A stretch of 64,000 nt of DNA, taken from Acidimicrobiales bacterium (GTDB lineage: Bacteria; Actinomycetota; Acidimicrobiia; Acidimicrobiales; Bog-793). The position numbers were made by a program, and so were the translations under genes. The notes below the pieces were generated by a model, which was not told the DNA's origin, made no database searches, and saw only the letters and a program-made list of their open reading frames with translations. Location: assembly GCA_050013835.1 (NCBI GenBank), contig JBEKEM010000008.1, positions 32,290-96,289 of the forward strand. Reading direction: 5' to 3'. How positions within the stretch are numbered: the stretch's first letter is position 1; each line of letters opens with the position of its first letter. Below are positions 1 through 9,775 of this stretch, piece by piece.

Positions 1-578
1 AGCACCCCATGGCGGAAGCAGTAGATCGACGTCGCGACCTCGTCGATCCCGAGCTCGTCCTCGCTCGCGTCGGCATCCTCGACCAGGCAGGCGACGTTGC
101 CGTCGCTCGCACGGACGACGCGCCCGTACCCGGTGGGATCGGTGACCCGGGCCGTGAGCAGGGTCGCCGCGGCGCCGCTCTCCCGGTGGGCTCGCACGAG
201 CGCGGCGAGCGTCGCCGGGCGCAGGAGCGGCGTGTCGCCCGGCAGGATCACGAGGTCGCCGTCGGCGAGGTCGACGCCCGCCTCGAATCCGGTGAGCGCC
301 ACAGCGGCGGCGTCACCCGTCCCGAGCGGCTGGGCCTGCTCGACGAACTCGGTCCTCAGTCCCCGGGGCGCCTCGGCCTGCACCGCCTTCACCACGTCGG
401 CGGAGTGGAATCCGACGACGACGACGACCCGGTCGATCGGCAGCTCGGCCAGAGCGTCGAGCACGTGGAGGACCATCGGCCGCCCGCACAGGGGATGGAG
501 CGGCTTCGGCGTCGCCGAGTGCATCCGCGTCCCCTCACCGGCGGCGAGGACGATCGCGGAGAGCGGGCGGGGGGCCAC
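1..578 (-). CDS. glmU: GlmU-like UDP-N-acetylglucosamine pyrophosphorylase, N-terminal part (runs off the window's left edge)
   Basis: Not in the ORF track. Manual minus-strand translation from GTG at 578 gives VAPRPLSAIVLAAGEGTRMHSATPKPLHPLCGRPM...EQAQPLGTGDA...GDTPLL...DPTGYGRVVR, which are GlmU signature motifs. Confidence 0.88.
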   Translation of the reverse strand, partial: MAPRPLSAIVLAAGEGTRMHSATPKPLHPLCGRPMVLHVLDALAELPIDRVVVVVGFHSADVVKAVQAEAPRGLRTEFVEQAQPLGTGDAAAVALTGFEAGVDLADGDLVILPGDTPLLRPATLAALVRAHRESGAAATLLTARVTDPTGYGRVVRASDGNVACLVEDADASEDELGIDEVATSIYCFRHGV

Positions 579-775
579 GGGCCCATTCTCGCCGAAGGGC
601 CGGCGTCGTGCTGCGCTACAACTGGCGGCGTGGTTTTGACGTTCCGTCCGTCCGGATCCGACTCGCGCCGCGACGTCGCCGGCTCACCGGCGACCCGCCA
701 GGCCGGGAAGGTACCGCCCGCCGCTCGCCGCATCTCGTGCCCGATCTCGCTTCACGCCCAGGAAGGTGGTCCCTG

Positions 776-2239
776 TTGAGCAACACCGACTTGTCCGGGA
801 TCGTGCCGTTCGTCGAACGACACTGGGAGGCCGACGCGCTCAGCGCCCTGTCCGAGTACGTCGCCATCCCCTGCCTCTCGCCCGAATTCGACCGGGACTG
901 GGCGGTCGGCGGGCGGATCGACGAGGCGGCCGAGCTCCTGCGCGCCTGGGCGACCAGGCGCGCGCTCGCCGACTGCACGGCCGAGGTCGTGCGGCTCCCG
1001 GGTCGCACGCCGTGCGTCCTTGCCGACGTCGGGGCGACGACCGGCGAGCGCACCGCCACGACCCTCGTCTACGGCCACCTCGACAAGCAGCCTCCGCTCG
1101 GCGCGTGGCGGGACGGCCTCGACCCGTTCAGGGCCTGCCGGGTCGGCGACCTCCTCTACGGGCGGGGGGCCGCCGATGACGGCTACGCCGTGTTCGCCGC
1201 CCTCGGCGCCGTGGAGGCCCTTGAAGCGGTGGGTGCGCCGCACGGGCGCGTCCTCGTGCTCATCGAGGCGAGCGAGGAGAGCGGCAGCCCCGACCTCGAG
1301 GCGCACCTCGACGCCCTCGCCGGGCGCATCGGCCAGCTCGGCCTGGTCCTCAGCCTCGACTCGGGCTGCGCGAGCTATGACCGGCTCTGGCTCACCACCT
1401 CGCTGCGCGGCTCGATCAACGCGATCCTTCGGGTCGACGTGATGACCAAGGGCGTCCACAGCGGGATGTCCGGCGGCGTCGTCCCCTCGTCGTTCCGCAT
1501 CGTGCGGGAGCTCCTCGAGCGCGTCGAGGAGGCGGCGACCGGCAAGGTGCTCGTGGCCGGCTGCGACGTCGGGGTCCCGCCCAGCCGGCAGCGCGAGATC
1601 GAGCAGGTCGCCGCCGAGTTCGGGGACGACGCCGTGGGGTGCTTCCCCGTCCTTCCCGGCGTCGAGCTCGAGGGCACCGGCGCGGCGTCCCGCCTCGCCC
1701 GCCTGTCGTGGCGCGCCGCGCTCGAGGTCACCGGGGCGGCGGGCCTCCCCCCCGTCGGAGCCGCCGGCAACGTGCTCCGCCCGTCGACGACGCTCAAGCT
1801 CTCCCTGCGGACCCCACCTGCCGCCGACGCCCTCGAGGTGGCCGAGGCGCTGCGGGGGGTGCTGATGAGCGATCCCCCGTCGGGTGCCGCCGTCTCGGTC
1901 CGGATCGAGCAGGCTGCGTCGGGCTGGGTCGCGTCCGACCTCCCCGCCTGGCTCGAAACGGCGGTCGACGACGCCTCATTCGCCTGCTTCGGCAATCCGC
2001 CGCGCTCGTTCGGCATGGGCGGATCGATCCCCTCCGTGACTTCGCTCGCCCGCAGCTATCCGGCGGCCCAGCTCATCACGACCGGGTTGCTCGGACCCGG
2101 GTCGAACGCGCACGTCCCGGACGAGTGCCTCCACGTCCCGACGGCCAAGGCGGTGACGTCGTGCGCGGCCCACCTCATCGCCGCGCTCGCCGCGGCGGGG
2201 GAGCTCCCCGCCGGGGGTGCGCAATCAGCGGAGCGCTGA
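776..2239 (+). CDS. M20/M25/M40 family metallo-peptidase/hydrolase
   Basis: YGHLDKQPP, GRGAADDG, EASEESGS and NAHVPDE motifs. TTG start at 776 chosen after GGAAGG. Confidence 0.88.
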   Translation: MSNTDLSGIVPFVERHWEADALSALSEYVAIPCLSPEFDRDWAVGGRIDEAAELLRAWATRRALADCTAEVVRLPGRTPCVLADVGATTGERTATTLVYGHLDKQPPLGAWRDGLDPFRACRVGDLLYGRGAADDGYAVFAALGAVEALEAVGAPHGRVLVLIEASEESGSPDLEAHLDALAGRIGQLGLVLSLDSGCASYDRLWLTTSLRGSINAILRVDVMTKGVHSGMSGGVVPSSFRIVRELLERVEEAATGKVLVAGCDVGVPPSRQREIEQVAAEFGDDAVGCFPVLPGVELEGTGAASRLARLSWRAALEVTGAAGLPPVGAAGNVLRPSTTLKLSLRTPPAADALEVAEALRGVLMSDPPSGAAVSVRIEQAASGWVASDLPAWLETAVDDASFACFGNPPRSFGMGGSIPSVTSLARSYPAAQLITTGLLGPGSNAHVPDECLHVPTAKAVTSCAAHLIAALAAAGELPAGGAQSAER

Positions 2240-2252
2240 GCGTCCGCCGCCA

Positions 2253-3260
2253 CTACGGCCGGCTCGGGCCCTCCCCCGCGCCGACCCGCTCGACGGCGGT
2301 GGCGATCTCGGCGAGGTCGTCGTTGCCGAGGGTGAGACCCGCCGCGGCGATCCACCCGTCGACCTGCGACGGTTCGCGTGCCCCGACGATCGCGCCGGAG
2401 ACCCCCGGGGTGGCGAGGGTCCAGGCGATGGCGACCGTCCCAACGGAGGTGCCGTAGCGCGCCGCGATCGGCCGCAACGCCTCGGCGAGGGCGAGGTTCC
2501 TCTCCAGCACTTCCCCCGAGAACTCCGGGCTCCTGCGACGCCAGTCGTCGGCGGCAAGCGTCGCGACGCGCGCCGCGCTGAACGTGCCGGACAGGAGCCC
2601 CGACTGCATCGGGCTGTAGACCACGACCCCGGTCCCGTGCGCGGCGCACCAGGGGATGACGTCGGCACCGGCACGCCTCTTGATCAGCGAGTACGGCGGC
2701 TGGACCGAGTCGACGTGCCCCAGCGCCTCGGCCGATTCGAGCAGCGCGACTCCGTGGTTCGACAGCCCCGCCGCGGCGATGACGCCCTCGTCGCGCAACT
2801 CGAGGAACACCTCCCAGTACGCCTCGAGGGGCGTCCCGTCCTCGGCCGGCCAGTGCATCTGGAAGAGGTCGATCCGATCGACCCGTAGCCGGCGCAGGCT
2901 CGCTTCGACCTCGCGGCGCACGCTCGCCGGGTCACCGACACGGCGGGGCGGAGCCATCGGGTCGCGGGGATCCAAGATCGTGCCGCACTTGGTGAAGACC
3001 AACGGCCGGTCGGCGGGCGCGAAGCCCTCGAGCGCGGCGGCGACGACCTCCTCGCTGTGGCCGAGGCCGTACGCCGCGGCGGTGTCGATCCAGTTGACGC
3101 CGAGCTCGACGGAGTGGCGGATCGCGGCGATCGACGCCGCGTCGTCCTGCGGACCCCAGCCGAAGCTCCACCCGCCGCCACCGGCGGCCCAGGCACCGAA
3201 CCCGACCCGGGTGATCTCCATGCCCGTCTCGCCGAGCGCCCGCGTCTCAAGCACCGTCAT
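2253..3260 (-). CDS. Aldo/keto reductase
   Basis: GFGAWA, WIDTAAAYGLGHSEE, VFTKCG, IDLFQMHWP, YSPMQSGLL. Confidence 0.93.
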   Translation of the reverse strand: MTVLETRALGETGMEITRVGFGAWAAGGGGWSFGWGPQDDAASIAAIRHSVELGVNWIDTAAAYGLGHSEEVVAAALEGFAPADRPLVFTKCGTILDPRDPMAPPRRVGDPASVRREVEASLRRLRVDRIDLFQMHWPAEDGTPLEAYWEVFLELRDEGVIAAAGLSNHGVALLESAEALGHVDSVQPPYSLIKRRAGADVIPWCAAHGTGVVVYSPMQSGLLSGTFSAARVATLAADDWRRRSPEFSGEVLERNLALAEALRPIAARYGTSVGTVAIAWTLATPGVSGAIVGAREPSQVDGWIAAAGLTLGNDDLAEIATAVERVGAGEGPSRP

Positions 3261-3312
3261 GGCGTCTCCTTTCCCTCGAGACCCGGGACGCTACGACGCC
3301 GACCGGATCCTG

Positions 3313-3723
3313 TCAGCCGGACCGGTTCGGCCCGGCGCGTCTCACGGTCATCCGCAGGAGCACCCGGCGGTCCTTCTCCATCGTCGCCCGGTACTCGTCC
3401 CAGTCGGGATGCTCGCCCGACATCCGCCGGTAGTAGTCGACGAGTCCCACCATCGCCGCCGGGAGGGACACGACCTCGATATCCCCCTCGACCTGGACCC
3501 ACTCGCCGAAGAACCGCTCCGTGAAGACACAGAGCGACCCATACGGCGTCCTTCTCACGTTGATCGTCTTCATCGCCGTCTCACGCGAGCTAACGACGAC
3601 GTGCCCTCCGGCGTCGACGCCGGCGGCGACCGGGGAGAGCTGGACCTTCCCGTCGGACCGGGTCGTGGCGAGCACGGCACGGTGGTTCTCGGCGACGAAC
3701 TGCAATGCCTGGTCGATGTCCAC
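3313..3723 (-). CDS. PPOX-class F420-dependent oxidoreductase
   Basis: AVLATTRSDGKVQLSPV, K..NVRRTP, EHPDWDEYR..M. Confidence 0.88.
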   Translation of the reverse strand: MDIDQALQFVAENHRAVLATTRSDGKVQLSPVAAGVDAGGHVVVSSRETAMKTINVRRTPYGSLCVFTERFFGEWVQVEGDIEVVSLPAAMVGLVDYYRRMSGEHPDWDEYRATMEKDRRVLLRMTVRRAGPNRSG

Positions 3724-3824
3724 GCCGCGAGCCTAACGAGCGGCGGTCCCGGTTCGGATCGGCCGGGCGAACGAGTGCGACCCGGGCTCCGCTTCGGCGC
3801 GGCCCGCGTCCCCGGCCGTGCCGG

Positions 3825-4208
3825 CTAGTGCACGACCTGGCGCTCCGGGGCGATCTTGAGGATCACCCGCTCGCTCTCGATCCTGTTGGCGTAGGGCTTC
3901 CCCGTGTACTTCTCGGCGAGCCGGTCGATGTGCGCCCGGGCCTCTGGCCCCCGCACACACTCGACGACCCGGCCCCGCACTTCCGCGTAGTGGTACGGGT
4001 TCGAGGCGTCCATCACCGTCACGGTCGCGACCGGGTTCAACTCCACGTTCCTGAACTTCGTGCGGTGCACCTCGGTGTTGACGAGCAGATGGTCGTCATC
4101 GGCATCGACCCACATGACATGGGTCATCGGCCGACCACTTGGCAGCATCGTCGTGAACGCGGCGAAGTTCTTCCCCTTGGCAAGTGCCTTCGCAGTGGCA
4201 TCGAGCAT
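3825..4208 (-). CDS. PPOX-class F420-dependent oxidoreductase
   Basis: NFAAFTTMLPSGRP..HVMWVD, NTEVHRTKFRNVELNP, IDRLAEKYTGKPY. ATG at 4208 follows GAGGAGG. Confidence 0.88.
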   Translation of the reverse strand: MLDATAKALAKGKNFAAFTTMLPSGRPMTHVMWVDADDDHLLVNTEVHRTKFRNVELNPVATVTVMDASNPYHYAEVRGRVVECVRGPEARAHIDRLAEKYTGKPYANRIESERVILKIAPERQVVH

Positions 4209-4571
4209 CTCTGCCTCCTCGCGGTCCGCCGTTCCGGGGATCGCACCGCCGGATGCACAACCGTCTTCCGACATCCATGTTGGACGAGCGACCGGCGGCC
4301 GTCCAGGGGCGCCGCCCGCGACGACCGGAATTCGACCCGCGCTCGCTCCGCCGGGGCCATCCAGCCGTCGCGGTCCATCCCGTAGGATTGGTCGTGGCCC
4401 TGGGGGCGAAGCCCCCCGGGCGTGGCATGAACCGGGTCATGACGCCCGCCGCCAGGGCCGGCCGAGGTCACCCAGACGCCGTGAACGGTGTTCGTATGAA
4501 GGTGCAATTCCTGACGATTGTGGACCTGCCGACCGTCGGGCTCGTCCGTGTCCACGCACCGGAGGAATGAG

Positions 4572-5609
4572 GTGCGGCAGCTCGGGACGATCCGGTGGAC
4601 ATGGCAGGCACGCGCCCTGCTGCTCAGCGCGATATGGGGCACGAGCTTCTTCTTCATCAAGGTCGGCGTCCGATCGTTCGACCCGTTCGAGGTCTCCAGC
4701 ATCCGGGTCGCCGTCGGCGCGGCGACCCTCGGTGCCGTTCTCCTCGCCAGGCACCAGCCATTCCCGCGCGGAGTTCGCCTCTGGGGGCACCTTGCGGTCG
4801 CGGGTCTGCTGCTGAACGCCGTCCCGTACACCCTCCTCGCCTGGGGTGAGCAGCGGATCCCCTCGCTGTCGGCGGGAATCATCAACGCGACGACGCCGCT
4901 CTTCGTCGTACCCGTGGCCTTCCTGCTCGTCCCTTCCGAGCGCCTGACGCCGTCGAAGGTGTCCGGGCTCGTCATCGGCTTCCTCGGGGTCGCCGTCGTG
5001 TTCGGCGCCTGGAACGGCCTTTCAGGGGGCCATCTCTCGGGGGACCTCGCTTGCCTCGGCGCCTCCGTCTGCTACGGGCTCGGCATCCCCTACGCGCGCC
5101 GGTTCGTTACGAAGTCCTCCGCCTCGCCGACCGGACTCGCCGCCGGTCAGCTCATCGCGGCGACCGCCGAACTGGTCCTCGTCTCCCCGCTGCTCGCGAG
5201 AATGCCGGCGCACGTCGGCGCGGCGAGTCTCCTCAGCGTTCTAGCGCTGGGCGCATTCGGGACCGGCATCGCCTACATCCTCAACTACTCGATCATCCGC
5301 GAGGCGGGTGCGACGAACTCGTCTCTCGTCACGTACGTCATCCCGATCTTCTCGACGGTTCTCGGGATCACCGTCCTCGGCGAGGCGATCGTCTGGAACG
5401 AACCGGTCGGCGCGGTCGTCGTGCTCGTCGGCGTGGCGATCTCCCAGGGTCTGATCGTCCGCAGGCGAGGGACACGCCTCACGCAGGCGCGCCCGGTCGC
5501 GGCGGCGTCGGGAGACCCGCCACGGGTGCCGCACGGCGTAGCCCTGCCCCTCGCCGTGGTAACGACCGCCGAGCTGACCGCGATCGACGACGGCGAACCC
5601 GCCGACTGA
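4572..5609 (+). CDS. DMT/EamA family transporter
   Basis: IWGTSFFFIK, two EamA-like repeats, about 10 hydrophobic helices. GTG start after GGAGGA. Confidence 0.88.
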   Translation: MRQLGTIRWTWQARALLLSAIWGTSFFFIKVGVRSFDPFEVSSIRVAVGAATLGAVLLARHQPFPRGVRLWGHLAVAGLLLNAVPYTLLAWGEQRIPSLSAGIINATTPLFVVPVAFLLVPSERLTPSKVSGLVIGFLGVAVVFGAWNGLSGGHLSGDLACLGASVCYGLGIPYARRFVTKSSASPTGLAAGQLIAATAELVLVSPLLARMPAHVGAASLLSVLALGAFGTGIAYILNYSIIREAGATNSSLVTYVIPIFSTVLGITVLGEAIVWNEPVGAVVVLVGVAISQGLIVRRRGTRLTQARPVAAASGDPPRVPHGVALPLAVVTTAELTAIDDGEPAD

Positions 5610-5718
5610 CGACGAACCCGCCGGAACGCTCGCCCGGCACGAACCGGTTCGCCGTTCGCCTCCCCGTTCAACCTCCACTCGTGCGCGTCAGTGCCCGCGA
5701 AGGAAACCGAAGCGGCGC

Positions 5719-6489
5719 CTACAGTACCTTGGCGAGAAATGAACGCGTCCGCTCGTTCTTCGGGCTGGCGAGCATCTCCCGCGGCTGACCCGTCTCGACG
5801 ACAACGCCTTCGTCCATGAAGACGAGGGCGTCGGCGACCTCGCGGGCGAAGCCAACCTCGTGGGTCACGACGATCATCGTCATCCCCTCTTCGGCGAGCG
5901 TACGCATTGCGTCGAGCACCTCACCGACGAGCTCGGGGTCGAGGGCCGAGGTCGGCTCGTCGAAGAGCATGAGCTTCGGCTCCATCGCGAGCGCCCTCGC
6001 GATGGCGATCCGTTGCTGCTGGCCGCCCGAGAGCTGGCTCGGGTAGCTCGCCACCTTGTCGGCGAGCCCGACCCGGTCGAGGAGCTTTCGCGCCCGCTCC
6101 TCGGCGACTGACCTCGCCTCGCGCTTGACGCAGATCGGGCCGAGGGCGACGTTCTCGATCGCGGTCATGTGCGGGAACAGATTGAACCGCTGGAAGACCA
6201 TGCCGATCTGGGCCCGCTTGGCGCAGATCTCCTTGTCCCGCAGCTCGTAGAGTCGGCCACCGTGCTGCCGGTAGCCGACGAGGTCGCCATCGACCGACAA
6301 CCGGCCGGAGGTGACCTTCTCGAGGTGGTTGATACACCGGAGCAGGGTGCTCTTGCCCGAACCCGACGGTCCGATGAGGCAGGTCACCTGCCCCTTCGCG
6401 ACCTCGAGGTCGATCCCGCGCAGCGCCTCGAAACGACCATACGACTTGCGTACGCCCTCCGCCTGCACGGCGAGTTTACCGGACCACAT
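5719..6489 (-). CDS. Polar amino-acid ABC transporter ATP-binding protein
   Basis: [28 protein letters not shown]. Start placed at MWSGK (6489). Confidence 0.93.
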   Translation of the reverse strand: MWSGKLAVQAEGVRKSYGRFEALRGIDLEVAKGQVTCLIGPSGSGKSTLLRCINHLEKVTSGRLSVDGDLVGYRQHGGRLYELRDKEICAKRAQIGMVFQRFNLFPHMTAIENVALGPICVKREARSVAEERARKLLDRVGLADKVASYPSQLSGGQQQRIAIARALAMEPKLMLFDEPTSALDPELVGEVLDAMRTLAEEGMTMIVVTHEVGFAREVADALVFMDEGVVVETGQPREMLASPKNERTRSFLAKVL

Positions 6490-6491
6490 CG

Positions 6492-7505
6492 CTACTGCCC
6501 CGGTCCCGGACGGCCGAGCGAATCGATCTGCAGGATTGTGTTCTCCTGGCTCAGGGTGAACACGGCGACGCGTCGGCGCAGCCGCTGGTAAGGCGTGGGC
6601 GGCAGTTCGCGCAACGCACCCTTCGCGAAATGACGTTCCACGTAGTACTGGCCGATCGAGAGGATCGTGGTCACGATCAGGTACCAGATGCACGCGACCA
6701 TGAGCATCGGCACGATCTCGTATGTCCGTGAGTAGATGAGCTCCACCGAGAACAGCAGCTCGGCAACGCTGATGACGCTCACGAGCGAGGACGTCTTCAG
6801 CATCGAGATCGTCTCGTTCCCCGCCGGCGGGATGATCACCCGCATCGCCTGGGGGAGCACAATGCGTCGCAGCGTCTGCCCGCGCGTCATCCCGAGGGCG
6901 TGGGCGGCCTCGGTCTGGCCCTCGTCGACCGACAGGATCCCCGCCCGGACGATCTCGGACATGTAGGCGCCCTCGTTGAGACCGAGGGCGATCACGCCGG
7001 CAACGAAAGGCGTCACCACAGCGTTCGCACTGAAGTGGAAAAACGCAGGGCCGAAAGGGATGCCGAGAGTCAGCTGCGGATACAGGTACGCAATGAAATT
7101 CCAGAAGACAACCTGGACGAGAACGGGAGTGCCACGGAAGAACCAGATGTACAGCCAGCTCGCGCCGGAAACGAGCGGATTCGTCGACAGACGCATGACG
7201 GCGAACACGATCCCGAGGAAGATGCCGATCACCATCGCCAGCACGGTCAGCTCGATCGTGATCTCGAGTCCGAGAAGAACCGGCTTCGCGGCGAAGTACT
7301 GGCCGATGACGTTCCACTGATAGCGCGGCGTGTGCTGCCCGTAGCGATCGGTCCACGAGTACGCGAGCGTGTGAACGAGCATCGCCGCGAGAAGGACAAC
7401 AACCGCCCCGGCGACCCAACGCCCCGGATGACGGACGGGCACCGCAGTGACTACGCCTCCGGGCGGGCGCGCCTCGGGCGCGCCCGCCGGGTTTGGCGAC
7501 GTCAC
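6492..7505 (-). CDS. Amino-acid ABC transporter permease
   Basis: [31 protein letters not shown] (EAA loop). Start approximate. Confidence 0.92.
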   Translation of the reverse strand: MTSPNPAGAPEARPPGGVVTAVPVRHPGRWVAGAVVVLLAAMLVHTLAYSWTDRYGQHTPRYQWNVIGQYFAAKPVLLGLEITIELTVLAMVIGIFLGIVFAVMRLSTNPLVSGASWLYIWFFRGTPVLVQVVFWNFIAYLYPQLTLGIPFGPAFFHFSANAVVTPFVAGVIALGLNEGAYMSEIVRAGILSVDEGQTEAAHALGMTRGQTLRRIVLPQAMRVIIPPAGNETISMLKTSSLVSVISVAELLFSVELIYSRTYEIVPMLMVACIWYLIVTTILSIGQYYVERHFAKGALRELPPTPYQRLRRRVAVFTLSQENTILQIDSLGRPGPGQ

Positions 7506-7558
7506 GACGTGCGCCTTTCTGCGGCTACGTCGGATCAGCCGGAACGCACGACGACCGT

Positions 7559-8440
7559 TTAGCTGGTCGCGCCGTTGAGGACGGGCTTGGTGATCGCGCC
7601 CGACTCGAGGCCCCACTTGTCGAGGATCTTCGTGTAGATCCCGTCGGCCATGAGCACCTTGACCGCCCCGAGCACCGGTTTCGCCATGCCGTTCTTCGGC
7701 ACCGCGATCCCGTAGGGCGCCGTCTCGAACGCCGGGCCGTCGAGCTTGAACTGGCCCTTGGACTGGGCGACGATGTACGCGGCCACCTGCGAGTCCGCAA
7801 AGCCGATCTGCTGAGTGCCCGAGGAGACGGCGAGGTTGGCCTCGCTCTGGGTCTGGTAGGTACCGATACTGACGCTGCACTTCTTCGCCTGGGACTGGGC
7901 GTCGGTCGCCTCGGTCGTACCGAGCTCGACTGACACCGAGTGCCCACAGAGTGTCTTCAGGCCGTTCAGCTTGAGCTTGCTGTTGGCCGGGACGTAGAAC
8001 GCCTCACCGGCGCTGAAGTAGTCGACGAAGTTAACGACCTTCTCGCGGGCCTTCGTGTCGGTGAACGACGACATGCCAAGGTCGTATTTGCCGGCGCCCA
8101 TGCCGACGAGGATTGTCGCGAATGTCACGTTCTGGAGCGTGATCTTCAATCCGAGCACCTGACCGATGGCGTATGCGAGATCGGCGTCCATGCCGACGAT
8201 CTTGCCGTTGGCCGCCACGAACTCGTCGGGCGCGTAGGTCGCATCCATCGCGACGACGACGGAGGACTTGTCCCTCACCGATTTGGGAACCTCGGCGGCA
8301 AGCGTCTTGGATTTCGGAGCCGTCGGGATCTTCGACCCCCCGCCGCTCGCCGCAGCTGTGTTCGCTATTGCAAGAAGAGAAACTGCAGATAGGAGCGTCG
8401 CGCCGAGCGTGAGCACACGACGAGTAGGAAGGAGCCGCAC
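7559..8440 (-). CDS. Amino-acid ABC transporter substrate-binding protein (SBP family 3)
   Basis: DATYAPDEF, GMDADLA, SSFTDTKAREKVVNFVDY, PYGIAV; N-terminal signal peptide; GGAGG RBS. Confidence 0.92.
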   Translation of the reverse strand: MRLLPTRRVLTLGATLLSAVSLLAIANTAAASGGGSKIPTAPKSKTLAAEVPKSVRDKSSVVVAMDATYAPDEFVAANGKIVGMDADLAYAIGQVLGLKITLQNVTFATILVGMGAGKYDLGMSSFTDTKAREKVVNFVDYFSAGEAFYVPANSKLKLNGLKTLCGHSVSVELGTTEATDAQSQAKKCSVSIGTYQTQSEANLAVSSGTQQIGFADSQVAAYIVAQSKGQFKLDGPAFETAPYGIAVPKNGMAKPVLGAVKVLMADGIYTKILDKWGLESGAITKPVLNGATS

Positions 8441-8793
8441 AGTTCACCTCCATGGGGTTGAAACCGAACATTCATACCATGGCAATGTTCAGAACCCCAA
8501 CGCAAAAGGGGTCCGGGCCGCGACCCGTCACACTCCCCTTGCGGTCCACCACAGCAGGGTTCCACGAGTTGATCCGGGCGCGCCTGTGGGGTCGTCGGGA
8601 CGGGCCGGACTCGATGGCAAGGACCGCGACCGGGCACCCGGACACAAACCGTTGGGCCGCAGACGCGCCATCGCCACCCACGGGAACGCGGGTGGCGATG
8701 ACAAGGGCGGCATCCGGAGAAGCGGACGCCCAATCTCGCCTCTCCTGGAACGTCATGCGACCGACCGGAGGCGCACGAGGCGCCAACGGCACC

Positions 8794-9231
8794 CTATGAG
8801 GACTTCGAGCCCTGGAGCTTCTTGACGAACGGCATCACGAACGGGGCGACCGCGACGATCGCGGCGATGAGGCCGATGAAAGCCCCGAATCGCCATCCCA
8901 CGCCGCCCGGCTTGTCAAGAAATCCAATCAGCACGAGGAGGAAGTTGATCGCCGTCGCGACGTACAGGAGCGTCTCGTGCTTGACCGGCAGCTTGACCGG
9001 CATCTCGTCGAAGAGTGCGCGGACCACAAGGTAGGCGAGGATCGCCAAGCAAAGAATCAGGACGATGTAGAGGTATCCGTGGCCCGACAATGCGTTCCAG
9101 GTGTATCCGAAGCCCAAGTAGGTCCAGCCAAACCACGACAGGAACAGTGAGATGAACAGCACCAGGGTCGCGACCCCGACGATGCGGTCGTTCTTGCTCC
9201 ATCGAGCGATATCGAAACTCGTTTCGGCCAT
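8794..9231 (-). CDS. Hypothetical 4-TM membrane protein
   Basis: Four hydrophobic segments; AAGGGGG RBS-like sequence before ATG. Confidence 0.75.
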   Translation of the reverse strand: MAETSFDIARWSKNDRIVGVATLVLFISLFLSWFGWTYLGFGYTWNALSGHGYLYIVLILCLAILAYLVVRALFDEMPVKLPVKHETLLYVATAINFLLVLIGFLDKPGGVGWRFGAFIGLIAAIVAVAPFVMPFVKKLQGSKSS

Positions 9232-9379
9232 AAGGCCCCCCTTGTCGGTCAGGCGATTGGTCCCGGCGCACTCATTGCACAGGGAATGCTCGAACGGTAC
9301 ACGCTACAGAATCTGAGAGCCGCGATGCGCGGATCTTCACGTCCCCCCGGAGCTGTCTTCCCGTCGACGCCGTTCGACG

Positions 9380-9407
9380 ATCGCCCATCGCCCATCGCCC
9401 ATCGCCC
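9380..9407. repeat. Tandem heptamer (ATCGCCC)x4
   Basis: Read directly in the intergenic region. Confidence 0.85.
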
Positions 9408-9502
9408 CCGGGATGGCATGCGCGACCCGGCTGTCCGGCGCGAAGCGGCCGCGTCTTTCCTGGTGGGGGCAGATCCACAGGATGCCCCCTTGCGCTCCCC
9501 AA

Positions 9503-9518
9503 TCGAACAGGTGTTCGA
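9503..9518. promoter_or_regulatory. LexA (SOS) box TCGAAC-AGGT-GTTCGA
   Basis: Perfect match to the actinobacterial consensus TCGAAC-N4-GTTCGA; abuts a -10-like TAGTGT (9519-9524), about 30 nt upstream of the ATG at 9550. Confidence 0.85.
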
Positions 9519-9549
9519 TAGTGTGCTGCACGAGCGAAAGGAGCCGGTG

Positions 9550-9774
9550 ATGGGCGTGATGCGAATCTTGGACAGCAGCGGTGACACCGAGGTCCTCTGG
9601 GACGTGAGCGACGACGAGGCGCTCGCCAAGGCGGCAAGCCTCTTCGGGGAGCTCGCCTCCGAGGGCAAGCTCGCCTTCGAACGGAACGAGCCACAGACCA
9701 CGGCCTCGCGGGTCCGCGAGTTCAATCCGCAGGCGGACGAGATCATCTGGGTGCGTCCCATCCAGGGCGGTTGA
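9550..9774 (+). CDS. 74-aa hypothetical protein ending in Gly-Gly (candidate ubiquitin-like or sulfur-carrier modifier)
   Basis: AAAGGAG RBS; MGVMRILDSSGDTEVLWD...EIIWVRPIQGG-stop. Confidence 0.85.
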   Translation: MGVMRILDSSGDTEVLWDVSDDEALAKAASLFGELASEGKLAFERNEPQTTASRVREFNPQADEIIWVRPIQGG

Positions 9775-9775
9775 T

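Noticed and set aside
579-775. tRNA-Gln, often found upstream of glmU in actinobacteria
   Set aside because: No cloverleaf or T-loop (GTTCGA) pattern found
4483-4494. GAACGGTGTTCG resembling an SOS box
   Set aside because: The spacer is 3 nt rather than 4 and the left flank does not match
9286-9549. N-terminal extension of the 162-aa ORF 9286-9774
   Set aside because: It runs through the tandem repeat and the LexA box; the RBS supports a start at 9547 or 9550
9550-9774. Pup (prokaryotic ubiquitin-like protein) assignment
   Set aside because: It ends in GG rather than GGE/GGQ, lacks Pup motifs, and no pafA/dop/proteasome genes are nearby
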